The position numbers were made by a program, and so were the translations under genes. From assembly GCA_038861545.1 (NCBI GenBank), contig JAWCCZ010000003.1, forward strand, positions 128,001 to 192,000: a stretch of 64,000 bases of DNA, given 5' to 3'. Source of the DNA: Thermofilaceae archaeon (GTDB lineage: Archaea; Thermoproteota; Thermoprotei; Thermofilales; Thermofilaceae). Under the pieces are notes generated by a model. It searched no databases. It was not told the origin of the DNA and worked only from the letters and a program-made list of their open reading frames with translations. Every line of letters begins with the position of its first letter. The stretch's first letter is position 1. Shown here one piece after another: positions 48,146-57,278 of the stretch.

Positions 48146-48990
48146 CTTAAAAACACCAGGCTGGCGTAACCGACGACAGATGAGTAATCACCAGTAATAT
48201 CTCCAGAATTGGCATACCTCAACAATTGAGCATTTCGGACTCCCAGCTCCTTAGAGGCAGAAATTAATGCCATTATAGCCCCATAGCCGCAGATAGTAGC
48301 ATCCCTCTCTATGATTATATCATACAACTCTCGCTCGTTAAGCCTAATGATCGCATCTATCGCTGCTTTATCTTTCTCAGCAGCTTTCCCGGCTTCCTCG
48401 TAATGAGTAAAGTCACTACTAGCCACTACATAAGCTTTTAAGCCGCTTTCATTGATGAGTTTAGCTAAAGCGCGCCCAAGGATTCTTGAGACTTCGAGGT
48501 TCTGCAAGTACATGGTTACCGGTACTATCTTAAAATCATTGCCAAAAATAAACTGCAGAAAAGGTAATTGTACCTCTAATGAATGTTCATACTTATGTGC
48601 GCTTTCATCAAAGGCTAAAATTCCGCTTTTCTCAATGAGTTGTTTTGCAGAATCTTTATCCACTTCTACCGAACCTAGTGGAGTCTCCCATGCATCTGCC
48701 TCTGAAACAGCCATAGGAACTCCTATTCCATGATGATTAGGGCCAAGCAACACAATAGTGTCCGGTACCCCGCTTCTAGCTAGCTCTGCATAGCCAAAGG
48801 CAGCTATGTAACCGGAGTAGACATAACCTGCGTGAGGAGCGATGATACCCGCAATCCTTTCTTCATACTTTTTTGAAGTAACTGGTTTACCGCCTGGACC
48901 TTTTGCAAAAGCTTCTTCAAGCTGTTTGATCAAACGCTCCCTATTAGCTTCGTAAAATAAACCTGCAACTACTGGCTTTCTGATCCTCAT
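48139..48990 (-). CDS. MEMO1 family protein
   Basis: P.VAG.FY, PHAGY.YSG, GPNH, W.TPLG, EHS.EVQLPFLQ, SSDFTHY, CG.G. Confidence 0.94.
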   Translation of the reverse strand: MRIRKPVVAGLFYEANRERLIKQLEEAFAKGPGGKPVTSKKYEERIAGIIAPHAGYVYSGYIAAFGYAELARSGVPDTIVLLGPNHHGIGVPMAVSEADAWETPLGSVEVDKDSAKQLIEKSGILAFDESAHKYEHSLEVQLPFLQFIFGNDFKIVPVTMYLQNLEVSRILGRALAKLINESGLKAYVVASSDFTHYEEAGKAAEKDKAAIDAIIRLNERELYDIIIERDATICGYGAIMALISASKELGVRNAQLLRYANSGDITGDYSSVVGYASLVFLRC

Positions 48991-49061
48991 AAATCCCCAG
49001 TGCTTGACTTGTTTAATAACCCATTATTTTTAGCTTTCTTTAGTATAAGGTCTGTTTTTGG

Positions 49062-49733
49062 TTAAACCTCACTAGTCAATATAACTTTCGCTTCAAATTC
49101 CTCGGGAGGAATCGGTAGTTCTCCTCCTGGCGGCAGTTCTCCCCTCTCCCGCAACACCTGCCTAGCCAGTAGCCAGTAGAGCAGAGCTAGAGACTTTCTA
49201 CCACGATTATTAGCTGGAATCACCACGTCAACGTTCTCGACTGAACTATCAGTGTCACAGAATGCTACTACTGGTATACCTATAGTTGATGCTTCGCTTA
49301 TTGCTTGAAAGTCAACTCTAGGGTCGGTAGCTATTAAAAGGTCTGCTTCAATATAATTACTAAATTGCGGATTCGTTAGTATGCCGGGGGGGAAACGGCC
49401 GATAATGGACATACAGCCGGTCAACGCACAGAATTTTTGAACTGGGGTAAAGCCATATTGTCTAGCAGATACAACTACGATACGGGCTGGGTCATAACGA
49501 GCTATAAAGCGGGATGCGATTCTAATCCTACGATCGATTTCTTGAACGTCTAAAAGGTAAAGTCCATCCGGCCTTATACCGTATATGAAGCGTTTCATGA
49601 ATCTACTTTTCATTCTAGTACCTATTCTAATACCAGTCACTAGGTAAAGTTCTAATGGTACCAATAGTTCAACTTCTTTAAGCTCCTCTTGAATCCTTGC
49701 TACATCTTTTGCCCTTTCTTCTTCTGTTGCCAA
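49062..49733 (-). CDS. rps2: 30S ribosomal protein S2
   Basis: YL..G..IG..M..FIY..R.DG..GRF.PG.LTN..DP..D.QA..EA..IP.NN.G.KSL. Confidence 0.97.
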   Translation of the reverse strand: MATEEERAKDVARIQEELKEVELLVPLELYLVTGIRIGTRMKSRFMKRFIYGIRPDGLYLLDVQEIDRRIRIASRFIARYDPARIVVVSARQYGFTPVQKFCALTGCMSIIGRFPPGILTNPQFSNYIEADLLIATDPRVDFQAISEASTIGIPVVAFCDTDSSVENVDVVIPANNRGRKSLALLYWLLARQVLRERGELPPGGELPIPPEEFEAKVILTSEV

Positions 49734-49737
49734 GTAA

Positions 49738-50490
49738 TCACCTTGTGCGGGTGTCCACTACTCCCTTAATATCTCTTACTCGCCTTTCTCCTATGTGTAG
49801 AAGCTTTATTTTATTGTCCCCCAGGTATATCATTGTGTGGGATGGTGGACGCCAGTAAGGAACACCTGGCATCCACGCATTTCTCCAACTACCTGTGTTT
49901 CCTATTTTAGAGGCAGGGTCCAAGCCGGATAGATGCGTATGTCCCATAAACAGCCACCAATTATCAGGTAACCGTAATAATCTCCTAAGTTTTCTCTCAA
50001 GGTATAGAGTCCTACCAAACGCTTCTGCTAACAAGTTAACTATAAACGCATGAGCACCGTTCTTCACTATTATATCTCCATGAGTTAGAAATGCTTTCAT
50101 TCCTCCCGCCTGAGCGATTAGTGCTCCAGGATATAAGTGAACTCTCGTATTATCTAAATACAGGTGGAGATCTCTGCTTAGTATCGGGTCGTGGCTAGAG
50201 AGGCTAGTCACATAATAGACCTCTAACTTATTTACATCGTTTCTCCTAAAAATAACCCTAAAAGCTCTGCTCAGCTCGTCTCTCGTAACTATACGGTGCA
50301 TATCGTCGAATAAGTCACCCAATACTACTAGCGAGTTAGCACCAACCTCATCTGTTAAGCGAGTTATCAGAGTCATCTTTTCATCGCTAAAATTGGTGTG
50401 GATATCTGAGACAAGTACTATGGGATCCTCGACGACCGTTACGTAATAGTTCACATCCAGCATTACACACCTATAGGTGGCTGTCGACAT
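49738..50490 (-). CDS. Calcineurin-like metallophosphoesterase
   Basis: SDIH, GDLFD, SSHD, THGD, GHTH, NTGSW. Confidence 0.85.
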   Translation of the reverse strand: MSTATYRCVMLDVNYYVTVVEDPIVLVSDIHTNFSDEKMTLITRLTDEVGANSLVVLGDLFDDMHRIVTRDELSRAFRVIFRRNDVNKLEVYYVTSLSSHDPILSRDLHLYLDNTRVHLYPGALIAQAGGMKAFLTHGDIIVKNGAHAFIVNLLAEAFGRTLYLERKLRRLLRLPDNWWLFMGHTHLSGLDPASKIGNTGSWRNAWMPGVPYWRPPSHTMIYLGDNKIKLLHIGERRVRDIKGVVDTRTR

Positions 50491-50550
50491 ACAATAAAAA
50501 CTCAGCGATTTAGCGAGGAGAACTTAAAAGACCAGGGTTTCAGTATAAGC

Positions 50551-52062
50551 GTGGGTCTACGTCTAGGTCTCATAGTAGTTGTTATACTGCTAGCCTGTAC
50601 CATTTGGACAGTCTCTGGAGCACCGGATCTCAGCTACTTCATAGAGGTTCAAAGAAACGGTAATGCTAGCGTAACATTAGTAGTGACAGATAGCAGGGGG
50701 TCGCGTTTTTACACATACTTACCACGTTTCGAGAAATGGAACTATACTGTATGGAGTGGGCAGCTGCTGAATATAACCGAAAAGGAAACACAGTATTACT
50801 TTTACAAAAATGTAAGTTTTAGCTATATAACAAATGAAGCAGGTTCATTCGGTATGAATGTTTCATACATGTTTCCCTTTGCTTCTCTTTGCATTGGAGA
50901 CAGAGGCTGGTTCATGTCTCCCTTATTAGGAGCACCACCCGAGGCTTATGTGAAAATACAAGTAAAGATCAGCGGTTTAGCAAAAATTTTGGACGTATCA
51001 CTAAACGATGCGCTAGTACGCTACAGGAGTAGCGGCGAGAATATCTGGATAGATGCTTCCTCGCAGGGCTTAGCTACTGGTGGGCGAGTTGTAGTAAATT
51101 ACAGACTGTCTGAACCCATAGCAGATGAAGTTTTCGAGTTTAGTTTTAACGGGGTAGTCACTAAAGTGAGATCACCCCCCCTCTATAGGGGGTTCGCGGG
51201 CACGATTTTTAACGTAACCAGTCTTGCGTTACCGAAGCTCAGTCAACATCTCGGATATGCGGTAAACGCGGTTGAGTTTGAGTTCTTTTTGCCTGCGCAG
51301 CTGGGTCTCAGTGCTCTAGGTTACGTGATCGGAGAAGATATCAATGTAGGAGGAGAAGGGGCAATACATCTGAACTTAGCCTTGTTAAGGTTTAAAGAAG
51401 GTTACTTAGAAGCCACAGTAGTGCACGAGCTTGTACATAAAGCGCTTGGAGCCGCAGGTATTCCGGCCAATCAAGAGCTTCGCTGGTTTCATGAAGGTGT
51501 TGCGCAATACGTTTCACTCAGGGTCTGCAGAGAGCTAGGTCTTGACGTCAGTGATGAGGAATCATCTCTAGAGAATGCAATTTGGATGTTTAAACAAGGT
51601 TTAGTTAAACCTGGTTTCGTTCAGAGATGGGCCCCCTCCGGAGATGAATCATCTTACTACACGGCCTCATACTACATCGTCTCCGAGCTGGCTAAGTCGA
51701 GAGGTGAAATGAACTTCATAGAGGCAGTAGTCAGAGAGATTAAAAAGAGGGGTGGCGTAAAAAATAATCAAGAATTGGTAGATGCTATTAGCTCGGCAGC
51801 AGAAGAGGATCTATATCCGCTATTCGCTGAATGGGGGTTTAGTATAGAAAGGCCAGCTAAAACGCCTGCAAACATAACAATAGTTGCAGCCTTAGCGCTT
51901 ATCATGGCTGTGGCGTTTTCCCTTTACATTATATTAAAGCAAAGAGAACATGCTAAATGTCCGTACTGTTACGCTGAAATTCCACGTGATGCTGTTTACT
52001 GTCCTTACTGTGCTTATCCACTCAAACCAACTGAAGACGGCGGGCCTAATTTATCAAACTAG
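50551..52062 (+). CDS. Membrane-anchored gluzincin (M1/MA-like) metallopeptidase with cytoplasmic zinc ribbon
   Basis: Signal peptide, HELVH..(18)..WFHEG, C-terminal TM followed by CPYC..CPYC. Confidence 0.8.
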   Translation: MGLRLGLIVVVILLACTIWTVSGAPDLSYFIEVQRNGNASVTLVVTDSRGSRFYTYLPRFEKWNYTVWSGQLLNITEKETQYYFYKNVSFSYITNEAGSFGMNVSYMFPFASLCIGDRGWFMSPLLGAPPEAYVKIQVKISGLAKILDVSLNDALVRYRSSGENIWIDASSQGLATGGRVVVNYRLSEPIADEVFEFSFNGVVTKVRSPPLYRGFAGTIFNVTSLALPKLSQHLGYAVNAVEFEFFLPAQLGLSALGYVIGEDINVGGEGAIHLNLALLRFKEGYLEATVVHELVHKALGAAGIPANQELRWFHEGVAQYVSLRVCRELGLDVSDEESSLENAIWMFKQGLVKPGFVQRWAPSGDESSYYTASYYIVSELAKSRGEMNFIEAVVREIKKRGGVKNNQELVDAISSAAEEDLYPLFAEWGFSIERPAKTPANITIVAALALIMAVAFSLYIILKQREHAKCPYCYAEIPRDAVYCPYCAYPLKPTEDGGPNLSN

Positions 52063-52082
52063 AAGAGCGTACAGCTTATCGG

Positions 52083-53483
52083 TTAACCATACCTGTCGTC
52101 AAGTTCCTCATCCTGTTCGTAACGCTCTCTTCTAGTAGTTTTTTCCAATGCCCTTCTTACCTCCCAGCCTAAGTAAAAAGCATGGTCGGCCGATAGGGAA
52201 GAAGCGAGGGCCTTTATAGACCGGTAAATCGGTTCTAGAGTCACAAGTTGACGTCCATCAGGGGCTCTATGCTCGATCTCTATTTGTTTGTCTTTGATGG
52301 AGATCAAGAAATTACCCCTCGGATCTGGGACGAATGCCGAAAGTATCTCATAGTAGTCGTGTACTAATTTCCAGGCTTTCTCCCAGTCGTGCTCGTAAAC
52401 GTGAGCAGAACAACTGATCAGAGTAACGACACCTAGTTTTAATCCCAGGTTTTCAGCAATGTTTTCAGCTAGTTTTAATTGTCCCCAGGCGTTGTAGGGC
52501 CATGCCCCGTATACATCGTTGCTCCTAACGAAGACCGTGTGATTGTAGAAGCCTTCCGTTACATCACCTTGTATCGCCAGTATGCATGGAGGCTCTGTAC
52601 TGTTTTTATCCACATTATGTTCCCAAAGGACAGCTAAGGCCCTACGAGTATCTGGGCAGTCTTTAAGCTTTCTGATCAATGTTTCAAGCTGGTCGCCTGC
52701 AATAGAATGAGCCCGTAACCTTTCACCGTAAGTGTAGGTAACGCCTTCAGGTTTTTGTGGCGAAAAGAGGCCGCGCAGGTGGGCTTCAAAACCACTGGGG
52801 TCTATGTATCTGGAGAACTCTCTCTCCAAGTTTAGTTGTTTACCGTAAGCATGAAGCGAAACAATAAGATTAAGCAGCTGTTTTTGGCGTTCACCATACT
52901 CGCTTTTCTTAACTGAACCGTAGAACATTACCGAGTACATAGCCTTAACCCAGGCTCTGAAGAGTGAGTCGTCCTGGACAAGCTGACCACTTATCGGTAA
53001 TGGCCATCCCTCTACAGCAATCTCGGTGAGTTCGAGTTCCACTACCGCCCGCTTTGGAGGTGAGGGATTATACAGAGAAGTAATAGTATTTTCAAGGGAT
53101 TTCCAGTCACCTTGTCTAAACGCCTCCCGGAGGTCAACTACTTTAATGTCGTTTATGACTGGTTGAACAATTTCAAGTGGCCACATAAGTGCAAAGGTAC
53201 GTTTTCGTTCTTGGAGAAATTTAATTAGCGCTTCACCGCTTCCCGAAAGATCCGCACCGAAGATTACAAGTGTGTTAACTTCAGGGTGCTCAGCTAGCGT
53301 ATGTAAAAGATAGTTGATTCCGTAAGGCGTGTAAAGCGTACCAACGGCCTGTACATTTCCGATTAACCCTCTCTGCTCAAGATAGCGAAGTATTATATCC
53401 TTTCGAGTCCATAAAGTCACTATCGCAATATTGGATCGAGAGTTAACGAAGATAACATCTTTATGTATCACCTTAATTCCCAA
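52083..53483 (-). CDS. Thymidylate synthase (ThyA-fold) fused to an N-terminal MtrA-like domain and a C-terminal DUF4346 domain
   Basis: YTYGERL, TRRA, PPC, RSND, AWPYN, SAHVYEHD; N-terminal IVTLW..G.LY..GI..L..HP..L.IFG.D; C-terminal DPRGNF.I..HA.YLG.E. Confidence 0.85.
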   Translation of the reverse strand: MGIKVIHKDVIFVNSRSNIAIVTLWTRKDIILRYLEQRGLIGNVQAVGTLYTPYGINYLLHTLAEHPEVNTLVIFGADLSGSGEALIKFLQERKRTFALMWPLEIVQPVINDIKVVDLREAFRQGDWKSLENTITSLYNPSPPKRAVVELELTEIAVEGWPLPISGQLVQDDSLFRAWVKAMYSVMFYGSVKKSEYGERQKQLLNLIVSLHAYGKQLNLEREFSRYIDPSGFEAHLRGLFSPQKPEGVTYTYGERLRAHSIAGDQLETLIRKLKDCPDTRRALAVLWEHNVDKNSTEPPCILAIQGDVTEGFYNHTVFVRSNDVYGAWPYNAWGQLKLAENIAENLGLKLGVVTLISCSAHVYEHDWEKAWKLVHDYYEILSAFVPDPRGNFLISIKDKQIEIEHRAPDGRQLVTLEPIYRSIKALASSLSADHAFYLGWEVRRALEKTTRRERYEQDEELDDRYG

Positions 53484-53574
53484 GAAAATTTGGAATACCC
53501 TAGAATATCGGCCTAAGTTCAGCTCTCCAGAAATTCCACGGTATTAAAGCGGTGTTTCATATCTAATGCCTATG

Positions 53575-54447
53575 CTAAACATTCTTAGTTTGGTTTAGCC
53601 CGTCTAGGCCATTCAAACCGCTTAAGTAGCTGGTAATTAATAGGCGGGCATGGTCGCTTCTTGGATGCGCTATAATTTCTCCCAATAGACCTTCCTCAAC
53701 TATGACTCCCTTATAGAGTATAACAGCTCGGTCGGCCAAATACTGTGCAACTGGTAAATCATGTGTAACAGTCACCATCGCTAATTCCAGCTTCTTCTGG
53801 ATATTACATAAAAGGTCTATAATCTGCGCTTGGATTGAGACGTCCAGAGCCGAAGTTGGTTCATCTAGCAGAAGCATTTCTGGATCATGAACAATAGCTC
53901 TGGCTATGAGAACTCTCTGCATCATTCCACCGCTTAACTGTGAAGGATAGTAACTTAGAATTGATTCGTGGAGCTGTACTATCCGAAGAGCATCCTTTAT
54001 TTTTTCTGTCTTCTCCCTTTCGCTTAGATCAACTCTAGCTAATGGTTCAGTCATAACGTCCGCTATTTTAAGCCTAGGATTCAGCGACCTTGCTGGATCC
54101 TGTGGAACATATCCTATTTGCCTTGTAACCCGCCATCGCAACCTAGCGGGTATTCTATAGATCTGCTCTCCAACGACTATGACATCACCTTGAAGAGGAG
54201 GGAGAAGTCCCAATATTACTTTCAGCAATGTAGTTTTACCGGATCCACTTTCCCCGATAATCGCTAGGCGTTCACCATCATTCACCCTCAAATCAATATC
54301 CATGATTACAGGTTTGAATATTTTTTTCAGGGTTTTGAAGCCCTCAGCTATGTAATAGCCCGCCGTAACTTTTCTAAGCTCGATTATCGCGCTGCTACCC
54401 GCGGTTGTTGTAGAGCCAGCACGCCACATACCGATCACCTTCAGCAA
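53575..54447 (-). CDS. Peptide ABC transporter ATP-binding protein (DppF/OppF-like; start uncertain)
   Basis: GESGSGKTT, LSGGMMQR, LLDEPTSALD, THDL. Confidence 0.92.
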   Translation of the reverse strand: MLKVIGMWRAGSTTTAGSSAIIELRKVTAGYYIAEGFKTLKKIFKPVIMDIDLRVNDGERLAIIGESGSGKTTLLKVILGLLPPLQGDVIVVGEQIYRIPARLRWRVTRQIGYVPQDPARSLNPRLKIADVMTEPLARVDLSEREKTEKIKDALRIVQLHESILSYYPSQLSGGMMQRVLIARAIVHDPEMLLLDEPTSALDVSIQAQIIDLLCNIQKKLELAMVTVTHDLPVAQYLADRAVILYKGVIVEEGLLGEIIAHPRSDHARLLITSYLSGLNGLDGLNQTKNV

Positions 54448-55369
54448 CTAAAAGCTCAGGTTTCTCAGCGGCACATTTTGAAAACCTGTAGGGACATCTC
54501 TCAAAGAAGGGACAGCCTTCATTAATACTGCCTGGCTTCGGAGGCTCGCCAAAGTAGTATTTAAACTCTTTTTTCACGCCAAGCGTGGGGATAACGTTTA
54601 CGAGCATCGACGTATACGGGTGAAGAGGCTTTAACAGAACTTCACGTACCTCGCCGATTTCTGCCAAGGAGCCCGCGTACATTACGGCTACTTTATCACT
54701 AACTCTGCTAGCGAGGAGAAGGTCATGTGTTATGAAAATTACAGTTAGTCTAGCTTCATCGCGAAGTCTGCGGAGAAGGTTTATAATTTGGAGTCTAAGG
54801 TGAGCATCAAGCGAACTAGTTGGTTCATCTGCTACTAAAACCCGTGCACCGGTTGAAAGGGCGAGAGCAATAGCGGCTCGCTGCTGCATACCTCCGCTAA
54901 GTTCGTGAGGGTACCTATCAAGAGTAGATGTTGGATCCAACCCGGCCATCTCCAGGTACTTTTTGGCTTCAGCCTTTGCCTCCTTTCTAATACTGCCTCG
55001 AAGGCTCTTCAACACGTAGTAGAACTGATCCTCTAACGTGAGGTAAGGGTTGAGACTAGTACCTGGACTTTGAGGAACATAGGTTACAAGTTTTCCTCTA
55101 ATTTTCTCGTAACTCCTTTCCTCCCCTTTTATAACCAGATTACCGTAAACGTAAAGTTCGCCTGCAGTCACCGCATGAGGGGGTAAAATGCCAGATACGG
55201 CAAGTGCAACTGTTGATTTTCCGGATCCGCTTTCACCCACTATGCAGTAAATTTCTCCCTCACTTACTTCGAAGCTGATTCCTTTCACAGCCCAGAGAAC
55301 ATCATCCCTCTCATCCAGGTAACCGATCCTTAATTTTTCGGCTTTTATGGCTAAAACCATAGCCTCCAC
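54395..55369 (-). CDS. Peptide ABC transporter ATP-binding protein (DppD/OppD-like)
   Basis: GESGSGKS, YPHELSGGMQQR, HPYT, GCPF..RC..C..C oligo-HPY tail. Confidence 0.94.
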   Translation of the reverse strand: MEAMVLAIKAEKLRIGYLDERDDVLWAVKGISFEVSEGEIYCIVGESGSGKSTVALAVSGILPPHAVTAGELYVYGNLVIKGEERSYEKIRGKLVTYVPQSPGTSLNPYLTLEDQFYYVLKSLRGSIRKEAKAEAKKYLEMAGLDPTSTLDRYPHELSGGMQQRAAIALALSTGARVLVADEPTSSLDAHLRLQIINLLRRLRDEARLTVIFITHDLLLASRVSDKVAVMYAGSLAEIGEVREVLLKPLHPYTSMLVNVIPTLGVKKEFKYYFGEPPKPGSINEGCPFFERCPYRFSKCAAEKPELLVAEGDRYVACWLYNNRG

Positions 55370-56256
55370 CTCCTTCTCATTTTCGGGTCGAGCTCTTCTC
55401 TCAGGCTATCCCCAAGCATGCTAAAGCCAAGAGCAGTTAACAGGATGAAGAGTCCTGGGAATAGGCTTATCCAGGGCATAGAGATCACGTACTTGAAGCC
55501 GTTTTGGACGATGATACCCCAGTCGGGGGCGTCCGGAGGCAATCCAAGCCCAAGGAAGTTTATAGCTGCAGCTTCGAGTAATATGCTACCCATGTCGGTA
55601 ATGGCCTGTACCAGTACGGGTGGTAGCACGTTTACTGCAACATGCTTGAATAACACTTTCCTAGCTGGTACTCCCGCCAACTTCGCCAGAGTAACATAAT
55701 CCATCTCTGTGATGCTTCGAGCGTACACGTACGCGACCCTGGCATACCAGGGCCACCATGTCAGAAGCAAGCTTCCGATAACCACGTGAAGCCCCTGCCC
55801 GAGGACCATTCTGAGTGCAAGAGCTAGGACAATTGCAGGTAAAGCTAGGAAAACTTCGGCGACATAGTTAACAATTGTTTCGATAGCTTGCCTATAGTAA
55901 GCAGCACAGATTCCCAGCAGTAAGCCCAGTGCTAAGCCAACCAAGATAACTGCTAGCGACTGAACCAGTGCCAGCCACGCCCCGACCAGTATCCTAGACA
56001 GTATATCTCTTCCCAAGTGGTCGGTGCCTAGCAAAAATTCCGAGCTCGGAGGTTTTCCCGCCCGCTCCGCCGCCTTAGGGGGTACAACTCCCCATCCATC
56101 GCTTGGGTAGGGGGCAATGAATGGTCCAAGAATCGCTACCATGACCATTGCTACCACTATAACTATCCCGGCCCTAAACCGTAAGCTCCTGCCCCAAGCC
56201 CTCTTTGCTAATTCCTCAAGTCCGCCTAAGTTAGAATGACGGCCTTCATTCATCAT
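55351..56256 (-). CDS. Peptide ABC transporter permease (DppC/OppC-like)
   Basis: LGTD.LGRDILSR..G, EAA loop, FLGLG..P.WG. Confidence 0.94.
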   Translation of the reverse strand: MMNEGRHSNLGGLEELAKRAWGRSLRFRAGIVIVVAMVMVAILGPFIAPYPSDGWGVVPPKAAERAGKPPSSEFLLGTDHLGRDILSRILVGAWLALVQSLAVILVGLALGLLLGICAAYYRQAIETIVNYVAEVFLALPAIVLALALRMVLGQGLHVVIGSLLLTWWPWYARVAYVYARSITEMDYVTLAKLAGVPARKVLFKHVAVNVLPPVLVQAITDMGSILLEAAAINFLGLGLPPDAPDWGIIVQNGFKYVISMPWISLFPGLFILLTALGFSMLGDSLREELDPKMRRRWRLWF

Positions 56257-57278
56257 AATTTCACCCTAGGATCCACGATAGCTTGTACAATATCTGCCAG
56301 GGTATTGGCGAGTACGTAGAATAAAGCAACCACTACCATTAACCCGATGGAGAGCCTAAAGTCACCGGTGTTAACAGAGTCGAATAGAAACCTGCCTAGA
56401 CCATCGCGTCCAAAAACATACTCAACAACCATCGCATCCACAAGACTGTACGCGAATGCAAGGCCTGAAACTTGAACGAGGCCAGCTAGTGCTGCTCTAA
56501 AAGCGTACCTCCATACGATGGCACGCTTAGAAACGCCCCAAGCAACCGCCGATTGTACAAAACCTTCTAAAAGGGCGTCTGCCATTAAAGCTCTAGTTAC
56601 TCGTGTGCATACGCCAACAGGGTACGCGGAGACCGCCAGCGCCGGTGGAAGTGTCCTAGTTAAAACATCTAAGAAAACTGGAAAGTTAAACTGCAGCAAC
56701 GCATCTAAAAGGTAAAGGCCAGTAATGCTTTTAAAGCCTGTTGCCAGTGCAAGTCTGGTATCCACCCTACCGTACGCGGTGATACCCGAGGCGTTGAGGA
56801 TCATAAAAATAGCTATACCGAGCCAAAAGGTTGGCGTGTTAGCTAGAGCAAGGCTTGCTGACTGTATAAAACCGTCCAGCCACGTGCCTCGGCGCAGGGA
56901 AGTTGTAACGCCAATGAACGCACCTAGGGGGATGGCTATAATATAAGCTAAAACGAGCAATTCCAGGGTAGCCGCTAAACCATGCCAGAGAATCTCGAAA
57001 ACCGGTTTTTTATAAGCGATTGAAAGCCCTAGGTCGCCGGTAAACACCATCCGAAGGAAGTTAAGTACTTGCAAGTAAAGGGGTTGGTCGAGACCTAGTT
57101 CTTTTCTCGCGTTCTCGATGGCTTTAGCTGCACCTGGACCACGAGGATTACCGGCCCACTTAATCGCAGGATCTCCAGGAGACAGTATTAATACAAGATA
57201 GGAAAAGGTAACAACCCCAGCTATTATTGTGATGCTCCAAGCGATCCGTTTAATTAAATAATTTAAACTAATCGGCAT
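56253..57278 (-). CDS. Peptide ABC transporter permease (DppB/OppB-like)
   Basis: PGDPA, LGLDQP, GDLG.S, AT.EL, P.FWLG, VE.VF...GLG. Confidence 0.94.
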   Translation of the reverse strand: MPISLNYLIKRIAWSITIIAGVVTFSYLVLILSPGDPAIKWAGNPRGPGAAKAIENARKELGLDQPLYLQVLNFLRMVFTGDLGLSIAYKKPVFEILWHGLAATLELLVLAYIIAIPLGAFIGVTTSLRRGTWLDGFIQSASLALANTPTFWLGIAIFMILNASGITAYGRVDTRLALATGFKSITGLYLLDALLQFNFPVFLDVLTRTLPPALAVSAYPVGVCTRVTRALMADALLEGFVQSAVAWGVSKRAIVWRYAFRAALAGLVQVSGLAFAYSLVDAMVVEYVFGRDGLGRFLFDSVNTGDFRLSIGLMVVVALFYVLANTLADIVQAIVDPRVKL

